From Eledone cirrhosa (Eukaryota): a DNA stretch of 64,000 nucleotides. The notes beneath the pieces were generated by a model. The model was given only the letters and a program-made list of their open reading frames with translations. It was not told the DNA's origin and made no database searches. The position numbers and the translations under genes are program-made. Where the stretch lies: contig OZ024742.1 in assembly GCA_964016885.1 (NCBI GenBank), forward strand, positions 358,980,001 through 359,044,000, in the 5' to 3' direction. Of the stretch, positions 45,601 through 60,600 are shown piece by piece (the stretch's first letter is position 1; the number at the start of each line of letters is the position of its first letter).

Positions 45601-48600
45601 ACTGTCAGATGGCAGTGACTGTACCAATGACTTTCAGATGGCAGTAACTGTTACAATGATTTACAGATGACAGTGACTCTTTCAATGACTTTCACATGGC
45701 AATGACTGTTACAATGACTATCAGATGGCATTGACTGTTACAGTGACTGTCAAATAGCACTTACTGTTAAAATGACTGTCATATGGCAGTGGCTGTTACA
45801 ATGACTATAATATGGTAGTGATTGTTACTATGACTGTCAGATGGTAGTGACTGTTACAATGACTGTCAGATGGCAGTGACTGTCAGATGGCAGTAACTGT
45901 CAGATAGCAGCGCCTGTCAAATTGCAGTGACTGTTCCAATGACTTTCAGATGGCAGTGACTGTTACAATGACTGTCAGATGACAGTGAATGTTACAATGA
46001 CTGTCAGAAAGCACTTACTGTTATAATGACTGTCATATGGCAGTGACTGTTACAATGACTGTCAGATGGTAGTGACTGTTACAATGTCTGTCAGATGGTA
46101 GTGGCTGTTACAGTGACTGTCGGATGGCAATGACTATTACAATGACTGTCATATGAAGGTGACTGTTACAATGACTGTCAGATGAAGGTGACTGTTACGA
46201 TGACTGTCAGATGGCAGTGACTGTTACAATGACTGTCAGATGGCAGTGACTGTTACAATGACTGTCAGATGGTAATGAGTGTTACAGTGACTGTCGGATG
46301 TCAATGACTGTTACAATGACTGTCAGATGAAGGTGACTGTTACAATGACTGTCAGCTGGTAGTGACTATTACTGTGACTGCCGGATGGCAGTGACTGTTA
46401 CAATGACTGTGAGATGAAGGTGACTGTTACAATGGCTGTCAGATGGTAGTTTGCTGTTACAGTGACTGTCGGATGGCAATGACTATTACAATGACTCTCA
46501 TATGAAGGTGACTGTTACAATGACTGCCACATGGCAATGACTGTTACAATGACTGTCAGATGGTAGTGACTGTTACTGTGACTATCGGATGACAGTGACT
46601 GTGACGATGACCGTCAGATGGCAGTAACTGTTGCAATGTTTGTCAGATGACAAGGACTGTTACAATAACTGTCAGATGGCAATGTCTGTTACAGTGACTG
46701 TCAGATGGTAGTGACTGTTACAGTGACTGTCGGATGGCAATTACTTTTACAATGACTGTCAGATGAAGGTGACTGTTACAATGAGTGTCAGATGGTAGTG
46801 ACTGTTACTGTGACTGTCGGATGGCAGTGACTGTGACGATGACTGTTAGATGGCAGCAACTGTTGCAATGATTGTCAGATGACAAGGTCTGTTACAATGA
46901 CTGTCAGAATGCAATGTCTGTTACAATGACTGTTAGATGGCAGTGACTGTTACAATGACTGTCATATGGCAGTGACTGTTACAATGACTGTTAGATAGCA
47001 GTGACTGTTACAATGATTGTCAGATGACAAGGACTGTTACAATGACTGTCAGATGGCAATTACTGTTACAATGACTGTCAGATGGCTGTGAGTGTTACAA
47101 TGACTGTCAGATGGCAGTGGCTGTTACAATGACTGTCAAATAGCAGTTACTGTTACAATGACGATCAGATGAGAGTGACTGTTACAACGACTGTCAGATG
47201 GCAGTGACTGTTACAATGACTATTAGATGACAGTGACTGTTACATTGACTGTCAGATGATAGTTATGTTTACAATGACCGTCAGATAAAGGTGACTGTTA
47301 CGATGACTGTCAGATGGCAGTGACTGTTACAATGACTGTCAGATGGCAGTGACTGTTACAATGACTGTCATATGGTAATCAGTGTTACAGGTACTGTCGG
47401 ATGTCAATGACTGTTACAATGACTGTCAGATGAAGGTGACTGTTACAATGACTGTCAGCTGGTAGTGACTATTACTGTGACTGCCGGATGGCAGTGACTG
47501 TTACAATGACTGTGAGATGAAGGTGACTGTTACAATGGCTGTCAGATGGTAGTTTGCTGTTACAGTGACTGTCGGATGGCAATGACTATTACAATGACTC
47601 TCATATGAAGGTGACTGTTACAATGACTCTCAGATGGTAGTGACTGTTACAGTGACTGGCGTATGGCGGTCTCTGTTACAATGACTGTCAGATGGCAGTG
47701 ACTGTACCAATGACTTTCAGATGGCAGTAACTGTTACAATGATTTACAGATGACAGTGACTCTTTCAATGACTTTCACATGGCAATGACTGTTACAATGA
47801 CTATCAGATGGCAGTGACTGTTACAGTGACTGTCAAATAGCACTTACTGTTAAAATGACTGTCATATGGCAGTGGCTGTTACAATGACTATAATATGGTA
47901 GTGATTGTTACTATGACTGTCAGATGGTAGTGACTGTAACAATGACTGTCAGATGGCAGTGACTGTCAGATGGCAGTAACTGTCAGATAGCAGCGCCTGT
48001 CAAATTGCAGTGACTGTTCCAATGACTTTCAGATGGCAGTGACTGTTACAATGACTGTCGGATGACAGTGAATGTTACAATGACTGCCACATGGCAATGA
48101 CTGTTACAATGACTATCAGATGTCAGTGACTGTTACAATGACTGTCAGAAAGCACTTACTGTTATAATGACTGTCATATGGCAGTGACTGTTACAATGAC
48201 TGTCAGATGGTAGTGACTGTTACAATGTCTGTCAGATGGTAGTGGCTGTTACAGTGACTGTCGGATGGCAATGACTATTACAATGACTGTCATATGAAGG
48301 TGACTGTTACAATGACTGTCAGATGAAGGTGACTGTTACAATGACTGTCAGCTGGTAGTGACTATTACCGTGACTGTCGGATGGCAGTGACTGTTACAAT
48401 GACTGTGAGATGGCAGTGACTGTTACAATGACTGTCAGATGGTAGTGACTGTTACAGTGACTGGCTTATGGCGGTCTCTGTTACAATGACTGTCAGATGG
48501 CAGTGACTGTACCAATGACTTTCAGATGGCAGTAACTGTCAGATGGCAGCGACTGTCAGATTGTAGTGACTGTTACAATGACTGTCAGAAAGCACTTACT

Positions 48601-51600
48601 GTTATAATGACTGTCATATGGCAGTGACTGTTACAATGACTGTCAGATGGCAGTGACTGTTACAATGACTGTGAAATAGTATTGACTGTTACAATGACTG
48701 TCACATGACAGTGACTGCTACAATGAGTGCCGGATGGCAGTTACCGTTACAATGACTGTTAGATGGCAGTGACTGTTACAATGACTATCAGACAACAGTG
48801 ACTGTTATAATGACTGTCAGATGACAGTAACTGTTACGTTGTCTGTAGATGGTAGTGACTGTAACAATGACTGTCAGATGGTAGTTACTGTTACAGTGAC
48901 TGTCGGATGGCAGTGACTGTTACAATGACTGTCAAATGAAGGTGACTGTTACAATGACTGTCAGATGGGACTGACTGTTACAATGACTTCAGATGGTAGT
49001 GACTGTTACAGTGACTGTCGGATGGCAATGACTGATAAAATGTACTTCAGATGAAGGTGACTGTTACAATGACTGTCAGATGGCAGTGACTATTACAATG
49101 ACTGTCATATGGCAGTGACTGTTACAATGACTCTCAGATGACAGTGACTGTTACATTGACTGTCAGATGATAGTGACTTTTACAATGACTGTTAGATAAA
49201 CGTGACTGTTACAATGACTGTCAGATGGCAGTGAATGTTACAATGACTGTCAGATGGTAGTGACTGTTACAGTGACTGTCGGATGGCAATTACTTTTACA
49301 ATGACTGTCAGATGAAGGTGACTGTTACAATGACTGTCAGATGGTAGTGACTGTTACTGTGACTATCGGATGACAGTGACTGTGACGATGACCGTCAGAT
49401 GGCAGTAACTGTTGCAATGATTGTCAGATGACAAGGACTGTTACAATAACTGTCAGATGGCAATGTCTGTTACAATGACTGTCAGATGGTAGTGACTGTT
49501 ACAGTGACTGTCGGATGGCAATTACTTTTACAATGACTGTCAGATGACGGTGACTGTTACAATGAGTGTCAGATGGTAGTGACTGTTACTGTGACTGTCG
49601 GATGGCAGTGACTGTGACGATGACTGTTAGATGGCAGCAACTGTTGCAATGATTGTCAGATGACAAGGACTGTTACAATGACTGTCAGAATGCAATGTCT
49701 GTTACAATGACTGTCAGATGGCACTGACTGTTACAATGACTGTCAGATGGCAATTACTGTTACAATGACTGTCAGATGGCTGTGAGTGTTACAATGACTG
49801 TCAGATGGCAGTGGCTGTTACAATGACTGTCAAATAGCAGTTACTGTTACAATGACGATCAGATGAGAGTGACTGTTACAACGACTGTCAGATGGCAGTG
49901 ACTGTTACAATGACTATTAGATGACAGTGACTGTTACATTGACTGTCAGTTGATAGTTACGTTTACAATGACCGTCAGATAAAGGTGATTGTTACGATGA
50001 CTGTCAGATGGCAGTGACTGTTACAATGACTGTCAGATGGCAGTGACTGTTACAATGACTGTCAGATGGTAATGAGTGTTACAGTGACTGTCGGATGTCA
50101 ATGACTGTTACAATGACTGTCAGATGAAGGTGACTGTTACAATGACTGTCAGCTGGTAGTGACTGTTACTGTGACTGTCGGATGGCAGTGACTGTTACAA
50201 TGACTGTGAGATGAAGGTGACTGGTACAATGGCTGTCAGATGGTAGTGGCTGTTACAGTGACTGTCGGATGGCAATGACTATTACAATGACTCTCATATG
50301 AAGGTGACTGTTACAATGACTGTCAGATGGTAGTGACTGTTACAGTGACTGGCGTATGGCGGTCTCTGTTACAATGACTGTCAGATGGCAGTGACTGTAC
50401 CAATGACTTTCAGATGGCAGTAACTGTTACAATGATTTACAGATGACAGTGACTTTTCAATGACTTTCACATGGCAATGACTGTTACAATGACTATCATA
50501 TGGCAGTGACTGTTACAGTGACTGTCAAATAGCACTTACTGTTAAAATGACTGTCATATGGCAGTGGCTGTTACAATGACTATAATATGGTAGTGATTGT
50601 TACTATGACTGTCAGATGGTAGTGACTGTTACAATGACTGTCAGATGGCAGTGACTGTCAGATGGCAGTAACTGTCAGATAGCAGCGACTGTCAGATTGC
50701 AGTGACTGTTCCAATGACTTTCAGATGGCAGTGACTGTTACAATGACTGTCAGAAAGCACTTACTGTTATAATGACTGTCATATGGCAGTGACTGTTACA
50801 ATGACTGTCAGATGGTAGTGACTGTTACAATGTCTGTCAGATGGTAGTGGCTGTTACAGTGACTGTCGGATGGCAATGACTATTACAATGACTGTCATAT
50901 GAAGGTGACTGTTACAATGACTGTCAGATGAAGGTGACTGTTACAATGACTGTCAGCTGGTAGTGACTATTACCGTGACTGTCGGATGGCAGTGACTGTT
51001 ACAATGACTGTGAGATGAAGGTGACTGTTACAATGGCTGTCAGATGGCAGTGACTGTTACAATGTCTGTCAGATGGCAGTGGCTGTTACAGTGACTGTCG
51101 GATGGCAATGACTATTACAATGACTGTCATATGAAGGTGAATGTTACAATGACTGTCAGATGGTAGTGACTGTTACAGTGACTGGCTTATGGCGGTCTCT
51201 GTTACAATGACTGTCAGATGGCAGTGACTGTACCAATGACTTTCAGATGGCAGTAACTGTCAGATGGCAGCGACTGTCAGATTGCAGTGACTGTTACAAT
51301 GACTGTCAGAAAGCACTTACTGTTATAATGACTGTCATATGGCAGTGACTGTTACAATGACTGTCAGAAAGCACTTACTGTTACAATGACTGTCAGATGG
51401 TAGTGACTGTTACAATGACTGTCAGATGGCAGTGACTGTTACAATGACTGTGAGATAGTATTGACTGTTACAATGACTGTCACATGACAGTGACTGGTAC
51501 AATGAGTGCCGGATGGCAGTTACCGTTACAATGACTGTTAGATGGCAGTGACTGTTACAATGACTATCAGACAACAGTGACTGTTATAATGACTGTCAGA

Positions 51601-54600
51601 TGACAGTAACTGTTACGTTGTATGTAGATGGTAGTGACTGTTACAATGACTGTCAGATGGTAGTTACTGTTACAGTGACTGTCGGATGGCAGTGACTGTT
51701 ACAATGACTGTCAAATGAAGGTGACTGTTACAATGACTGTCAGATGGGACTGACTGTTACAATGACTTCAGATGGTAGTGACTGTTACAGTGACTGTCGG
51801 ATGGCAATGACTGATAAAATGTACTTCAGATGAAGGTGACTGTTACAATGACTGTCAGATGGCAGTGACTATTACAATGACTGTCATATGGCAGTGACTG
51901 TTACAATGACTCTCAGATGACAGTGACTGTTACATTGACTGTCAGATGATAGTGACTTTTACAATGACTGTTAGATAAACGTGACTGTTACAATGACTGT
52001 CAGATGGCAGTGAATGTTACAATGACTGTCAGATGGTAGTGACTGTTACAGTGACTGTCGGATGGCAATTACTTTTACAATGACTGTCAGATGAAGGTGA
52101 CTGTTACAATGACTGTCAGATGGTAGTGACTGTTACTGTGACTATCGGATGACAGTGACTGTGACGATGACCGTCAGATGGCAGTAACTGTTGCAATGAT
52201 TGTCAGATGACAAGGACTATTACAATAACTGTCAGATGGCAATGTCTGTTACAATGACTGTCAGATGGTAGTGACTGTTACAGTGACTGTCGGATGGCAA
52301 TTACTTTTACAATGACTGTCAGATGAAGGTGACTGTTACAATGAGTGTCAGATGGTAGTGACTGTTACTGTGACTGTCGGATGGCAGTGACTGTGACGAT
52401 GACTGTTAGATGGCAGCAACTGTTGCAATGATTGTCAGATGGCAAGGACTGTTACAATGACTGTCAGAATGCAATGTCTGTTACAATGACTGTCAGATGG
52501 CAGTGACTGTTACAATGACTGTCAGATGGCAGTGACTGTTACAATGACTGTTAGATAGCAGTGACTGTTACAATTATTGTCAGATGACAAGGACTGTTAC
52601 AATGACTGTCAGATGGCTGTGAGTGTTACAATGACTGTCAGATGGCAGTGGCTGTTACAATGACTGTCAAATAGCAGTTACTGTTACAATGACGATCAGA
52701 TGAGAGTGACTGTTACAACGACTGTCAGATGGCAGTGACTGTTACAATGACTATTAGATGACAGTGACTGTTACATTGACTGTCAGATGATAGTTACGTT
52801 TACAATGACCGTCAGATAAAGGTGACTGTTACGATGACTGTCAGATGGCAGTGACTGTTACAATGACTGTCAGATGGCAGTGGCTGTTACAATGACTGTC
52901 AGATGGTAATGAGTGTTACAGTGACTGTCGGATGTCAATGACTGTTACAATGACTGTCAGATGAAGGTGACTGTTACAATGACTGTCAGCTGGTAGTGAC
53001 TATTACTGTGACTGTCGGATGGCAGTGACTGTTACAATGACTGTGAGATGAAGGTGACTGTTACAATGGCTGTCAGATGGTAGTGGCTGTTACAGTGACT
53101 GTCGGATGGCAATGACTATTACAATGACTCTCATATGAAGGTGACTGTTACAATGACTGTCAGATGGTAGTGACTGTTACAGTGACTGGCGTATGGCGGT
53201 CTCTGTTACAATTACTGTCAGATGGCAGTGACTGTACCAATGACTTTCGGATGGCAGTAACTGTTACAATGACTTTCAGATGGCATTGACTGTTACAATG
53301 ACTGTCAGATGGCAGTGATTGTTACAATGACTGTCAGATGGTAGTGGCCGTTACAATGACTGTCAGATGGTAGTGAGTGTTACAATGAATGTTACAATGA
53401 CTGTCAGATGACAGTGACTGTTAATATGTCTGTCAGATGGCATTGACTGTTACAATGAGTCAGATGACAAGGACTGTTACAATGACTATCATATGACAGT
53501 GACTGTTACAGTGACTGTCAGATGGCCGTGACTGTTACACAGACTATCAAATGACAGTGACTGTTACAATAACTGTCAGATGGCAGTGACTGTTACATTG
53601 ACTGTCAGAAGGTAGTGACTATTAAAATGACTGTCAGATGGCAGTTACGGTTACATTGACTGTCAGAAGGTAGTGACTGTTAAAATGACTGTCAGATGGC
53701 AGTTACTGTTACATTGACAGTCAGAAGGTAGTGACTGTTAAAATGACTGTCAGATGGCAGTTACTGTTACAATGACTGTCAGATGGCAGCGACTGTCAAA
53801 TGGCAGTGTCTGTTCCAATGACTTTCAGATGGCAGTGACTCTTACAATGACTGTCATATGACAGTGGCTCTTACAATGACTCTCACACGGCAATGACTGT
53901 TACAATGACTATCAGATGGCAGGGACTTTTACAACGACTGTCAGATAGCACTTACTGTTAAAATGACTGTCATAGTGCAGTGACTGTTTCAATGACTGTC
54001 AGATGGTAGTGACTGTTACAATGACTGTCATAGGGTAGTCACTGATACAATGACTGTCAGATGGCAGTGACTAATATAATGCCTGTCAGAAGGAAGTGAC
54101 TGTTACTATGACTGTCAGATAGCACTTACTGTTAACATGACTGTCGTATGGCAGTGACTGTTACAATGACTGCCAGATGGTAGTGACTTTTACAATGACT
54201 ATTAGATGGCATTGACTGTTCCAATGACTATCAGATGGCAGTGACTGTTACAATGACTATCAGATGACAGTGACTGTTACAATGACTGTCAGATGGCAGT
54301 TCCTGTTACAATGACTGTCAGATGGCAGTGACTGTTACAGTGACTGTCAGATGACGAGGACTGTTACAATGACTGTCAGATGGCAGTGGCTGTTACAATG
54401 ACTGTCAGATGACAAGGACTGTTACAATGACTATCAGATGGTAGTGACTCTTACAGTGACTGTCGGATGGCAATGACGGTTACAATGACTTTCAGATGGC
54501 AGTGACTGTTACAATGACTGTCAGATGGCAGTGACTGTTCCAATGACTTTCAGATGGCAGTGACTGTTACAATGACTTTAAGGTAGCAGTGACTGTTATA

Positions 54601-57600
54601 TGTGACTGTCAGATGACAGTGACTCGTACAATGACTGTCACAGGGCAATGACTGTTACAATGACTATCAGATGGCAGTGACTGTTACAATGACTGTCAGA
54701 TAGTATTTACTGTTAAAATGACTGTCAGATAGCACTTACTGTAAAAATGACTGTCATATGGCAGTGACTGTTACAATGACTGTCAGATTGCAGTGACTGT
54801 TACAATGACTGTTAGATGACAGTGGCTGTTACAATGACTGTCAGATGGCAGTGAGTGTTACAATGACAGTCAGATGGCATTGACTGTTACAATGACTGTC
54901 AGAATACAAGTACTGTTACAATGACTATCAGATGACAGTGAATGTTACAATTACTGTCAGATGGCCGTGACTGTTACACAGACTTTCAAATGACAGTGAC
55001 TGTTACAATAACTGTCAGATGGCAGTGATTGTTATAATGACTGCCAGGTGACAGTGACTTTTACAATGACTGTCAGATGGCATTGACTGTTACATTGACT
55101 GTCAGAAGGTAGTGACTGTTAACGTGACTGGCGTATGGCAGTGACTGTTACAATGACTGTCAAATGGCAGTGACTGTCAGATGGCAACGACTGTCAGATG
55201 GCAGTGACTGTTCCAACGACTTTCAGATGGTAGTGACTGTTACAATGACTATCAGATGACAGTGACTGTTACAACGACTGTCAGATAGCACTTATTGTTA
55301 AAATGGCAGTGACTGTTACAATGATTGTCAGATGGTAGTGACTGTTACAATGACTGTCAGATGGTAGTCACTGATACAATGACTGTCTAATGGCAGTGAC
55401 TGTTACAATGACTGTCAGAAGGCAGTGACTGTTACAATGACAGTCATATAGTAGTGACTGTTACAATGACTGTCAGATGGTAGTGACAGTTACAATGACT
55501 GTCAGATAGCAGTGACTGTTACAATGACTGTCAGTTGACAGTGACTGTTACAATGACTGTCAGGTGGCAGTTCCTGTTACGATGACTGTCAGATGGCTGT
55601 GACTGTTACAATGACTGTCAGATGACGAGGACTGTTACAATGACTGTCAGATGGCAGTGGTTGTTACAATGACTGTCAGATGACAAGGACTGTTACAATG
55701 ACCATCAGATGGTAGTGACTGTTACAGTGACTGTCGGATGGCAATGACTGTTACAATGACCGTCAGATGAAGGTGACTGTTACAATGACTGTCACATGTC
55801 AGTGACTGTTCCAATGACTTTCAGATGGCAGTGACTGTTACAATGACTTTCAGATGACAGTGACTGTTACAATGACTGTCAGATGGCAGTGACTGTTCCA
55901 ATGACTTTCAGATGGCAGTGACTGTTACAATAACTTTAAGGTGGCAGTGACTGTTATAATGACTGTCATATGACAGTGACTCGTACAATGACTGTCACCT
56001 GGCAGTGACTGTTACAATGACTGTCAGATAGCACTTACTGTAAAAATGACTGTCATATGGAAGTGACTGTTACAATGACTGTCAGATGGTAGTGACTGTT
56101 ACAATGACTTCAGATGGTAGTGACTGTTACAATGACTGTCAGATGGCAGTGACTGTTACAATGACTATCAGATGACAGTGGCTGTTACAATGACTGCGAG
56201 ATGACAGTGAATGTGTCAATGACAGTCAGATGACAGTGACTGTTACATTGACTGTAAGATGATAGTGACTTTTACAATGACTGTCAGATGAAGGTGACTG
56301 TTACAATGACTGTCAGATGGCAGTGACTGTCAGATAGCAGTGACTGTCAGAAGGCAGTAACTGTTTCAATGACTGTCAGATAGTAGTCACTGTTACAATG
56401 ACTGTCCGATGAGATTGACTGTTACAATGACTGTTATATGGCAGTGACTGTTACCATGACTGTCAGATAGCACTTACTGTTTAAATGATTGTCACATGAC
56501 AGTGACTGGTACAATGACTGCCCGATGGCAGTTACTATTACAGTGACTGTTAGATGGCAGTGACTGTTACAATGACTATCAGACAACAGTGACTGTTATA
56601 ATGACTGTCAGATGACAGTGACTGTTACGTTGTCTGTAGATGGTAGTGACTGTTACAATGACTGTCAGATGGCAGTGACTGTTACAATGACTTCAGATGG
56701 TAGTGACTGTTACAGTGACTGTCGGATGGCAATGACTGATACAATGAACTTCAGATGAAGGTGACTGTTACAATGACTGTCTGATGGCAGTGACTATTAA
56801 AATGACTGTCAGATGGCAGTGACTGTTACAATGACTCTCAGATGACAGTGACTGTTACAATGACTGCGTGATAACAGTGACTCTGTCAATGACTATCAGA
56901 TGACAGTGACTGTTACATTGACTGTCAGATGATAGTGACTTTTACAATGACTGTTAGATAAACGTGACTGTTACAATGACTGTCAGATGGCAGTGAATGT
57001 TACGATGACTGTCAGATGGTAGTGACTGTTACAGTGACAGTCGGATGGCAATTACTTTTACAATGACTGTCAGATGAAGGTGACTGTTACAATGACTGTC
57101 GGATGGCAGTGACTGTGACGATGACTGTCAGATGGCAGTAACTGTTGCACTGATTGTCAGATGACAAAGACTGTTACAATGACTGTCAGAATGCAATGTC
57201 TGTTACAATGACTGTCAGGTGGCAGTGACTGTTACAATGACTGTCAGATGGCAGTGACTGTTACAATGACTGTCAGATAGCAGTGACTGTTACAATGATT
57301 GTCAGATGACATGGACTGTTACAATGATTGTCAGATGGCAATTACTGTTACAATGACTGTCAGATGGCAGTGAGTGTTACAATGACTGTCAGATGGCAAT
57401 TACTGTTACAACGACTGTCAGATGGCAGTGACTGTTGCAATGACTATTAGATGACAGTGACTGTTACATTGACTGTCAGATGATAGTTACGTTTACAATA
57501 ACTGTCAGATAAAGGTGACCGTTACGATGACTGTCAGATGGCAGTGACTGTTACAATGACTGTCAGATGGTAATGAGTGTTACAGTCACTGTCGGATGTC

Positions 57601-60600
57601 AATCACTGTTACAATGACTGTCAGATGAAGGTGACTGTTACAATGTCTGTCAGCTGGTAGTGACTATTACTGTGATTGTCGGATGGCAGTGACTGTTACA
57701 ATGACTGTGAGATGAAGGTGACTGTTACAATGACTGTCAGATGGCAGTGACTGTTACAATGTCTGTCAGATGGTAGTGACTGTTACAATGACTGTCTGAT
57801 GGCAGTGACTGTTACAATGACTGGCAGAAGGCAGTGACTGTTACAATGACTGTCAGATAGCAGCTGCTGTTACAATGACAGTCAGATGGTAGTGACTGTC
57901 AGATGGCCGTGACTGTTACAATGACTGTCAGATGTCAGTGACTGTTACAATGACTGTTAGATGGTAGTGACTGTTACATTGACAATCAGATAGCAAGTAC
58001 TGTTACAATGACTGTCAGATCGCAGTGAGTGTTACAATGACTGTCAGATGGAAGTGACTGTTACAATGACTATCAGATGGTAGTGACTGTTACAATGACT
58101 GTCAAATGGCAGTAACTGTTATAATGACTGTCGGATGGCAATGACTGTTACAATGACTATCAGATTGTAGTGACAGTTAAATGACTGTCAGATGGCAGTG
58201 ACTGTTATAATGACTCTCAGATGGTAGTAACTGTTACATTGACTGTCGGATGGCAATGACTGTTACAATGACTGTCATATAAAGGTAACTGTTACAATGA
58301 CTGTCAGATGGCAGTGACTGTTACAATTTTTGTCAGATGACAAGGAGTGTTACAATGACTGTCAGATGGCCATGTCTGTTACAATGACTGTCAGATGGCA
58401 GTTATGTTACAATGACTGTCAGTTAGCAGTTAACTTTTACAATGAGTGTCAGATGGTAGTGACTTGCAGATGGCAGTTACTGTTACAATGACTGTCAGAT
58501 AGCAGTTACTGTTACAATGACTGTCAGATGGTAGTGACTGTCAGATGGCAATGTCTGTTACAATGACGCTCAGATGGCAGTGACTGTTACAATGACTCTC
58601 AGATGGCAGTGACTGTTACAATGACTGTCAGATGGCAGTGACTGTTACAATGACTGTCAGATGGTAGTGACTGTTACAATGACTATCAGATGACAGTGAT
58701 TGTTACAATGACTGTCAGATGACAAGGAATGTTACATTGACTGCCTGATGACAGTGACTGTTACAATGACTGTCAGATGACAGTGACTGTTACCATGACT
58801 GTCAGATGGCAGTGACTGTTACAATGACTATCAGATGTCAGTGACTGTTACAGTGACTGTCAGATCTCAGTGACTGTTACAGTGACCGTAAGATGGCAGT
58901 GACTGTTACAATGACTGTCAGATGGCAGTGACTGTTATAATGACTGTCGGATGGCAATGACTGTTACAATAACTGTCATATGAAGGTGACTGTTACAATG
59001 ACTGTCAGACGGCAGTGACTGTTACAATGATTGTCAGATGACATGGACGCTTACAATGACTGTCAGATGGCAATGTCTGATACAATGACTGTCAGTTAGC
59101 AGTTACTGTTACAATGACTGTCAGATGGTAGTGACTGTCTGATGGCAGTGACTGTTATAATGACTGTTAGCTTGCAGTGACTGTTACAATGACTGTTAGA
59201 TGGCAGTGACTGTTACAATGATTGTCAGATGGCAGTGACTGTTACAATGACAATCAGATAGCAATTACTGTTACAATGACTGTCAGATGGCAGTGACTGT
59301 TACAATGACTGTCAGATAGCAGTTACTGTGACAATGACTGTCAGATGGTAGTGACTGTCAGATGGCATTGTCTGTTACAATGACTGTCAGATGGCAGTGA
59401 CTGTTACAATGACTGTCAGATGGCAGTGACTGTTACGATGACTCTCAGATGGTAGTGACTGTTACAATGACTATCAGATAGCAATTACTGTTACAATGAC
59501 TGACAGATGGCAGTAACTGTTACAATGACTGTCAGATAGCAGTTACTGTTACATTGACTGCCGGATGACAGTGACTGTTACAATGACTGTCAGATAGCAA
59601 TTACTGTTACAATGACTGTCAGATGGCACTGAGTGTCATAATGACTATCAGATGGCAGTGACTGTTATAATGACTATCAGATGGTACTGACTGTTACAAT
59701 GACTGTCAGATGACTGTGACTGTTATAAGTACTGTCAGATGGTAGTGACTGTTACGGTGACTGTCGGATGGCAATGACTGTTACAATGACTATCAGATTG
59801 TAGTGAATGTTACAATGACTGTCATATGGCAATGACTGTTACATTGATTGTCAGATGGCAGTGACTCTTACAATGACTGTCAGATGGCAGTTTCTCTTAC
59901 AATTACTGTCAGTTAGCAGTTACTGTTACAATGACTGTCAGATGGTAGTGACTGTCAGATGGCAGTTACTGTTAAAATGACTGTCATATGGCAGTGACTG
60001 TTACAATGACTGTCAGATGGTAGTGACTGTTACAATGACTGTCAGATAGTAGTGACTGTTACAATGACTATCAGATGACAGTGACTGTTACAATGACTGT
60101 CAGATGGCAGTTACTGTTACAATGACTGTCAGATGGTATTGACTGTTACAATGACTGTCAGATGACAAGGACTGATACAATGACTGTCAGATAGCAGTTA
60201 CTGTTACAATGACTGTCAGATAGCAGTGACTGTTACAATGACTATCATATGACAATGACTGTTACAATGACTGTCAGATGACAAGTACTGTTACAATGAC
60301 TATCATTTGACAGTGACTGGTACAATGACTGCCGGATGGTAGTTACTGTTACAATGTCTGTCAGATGGAAGTGACTGTTACAGTGACTGTCAGACGGAAG
60401 TGACTGTTACAATGACTATAAGACAACAGTGACTGTTATAATGACTGTCAGATGACAGTGAATGTTATGTTGTCTGTAGATGGTAGTGACTGTTACACTG
60501 ACTGTCAGATGGTAGTGACTGTTACACTGACTGTCGGATGCCAGTGACTGTTTCAATGTCTGTCAGATTGTAGTGACTGTTACAGTGACTGTCAGATGAC

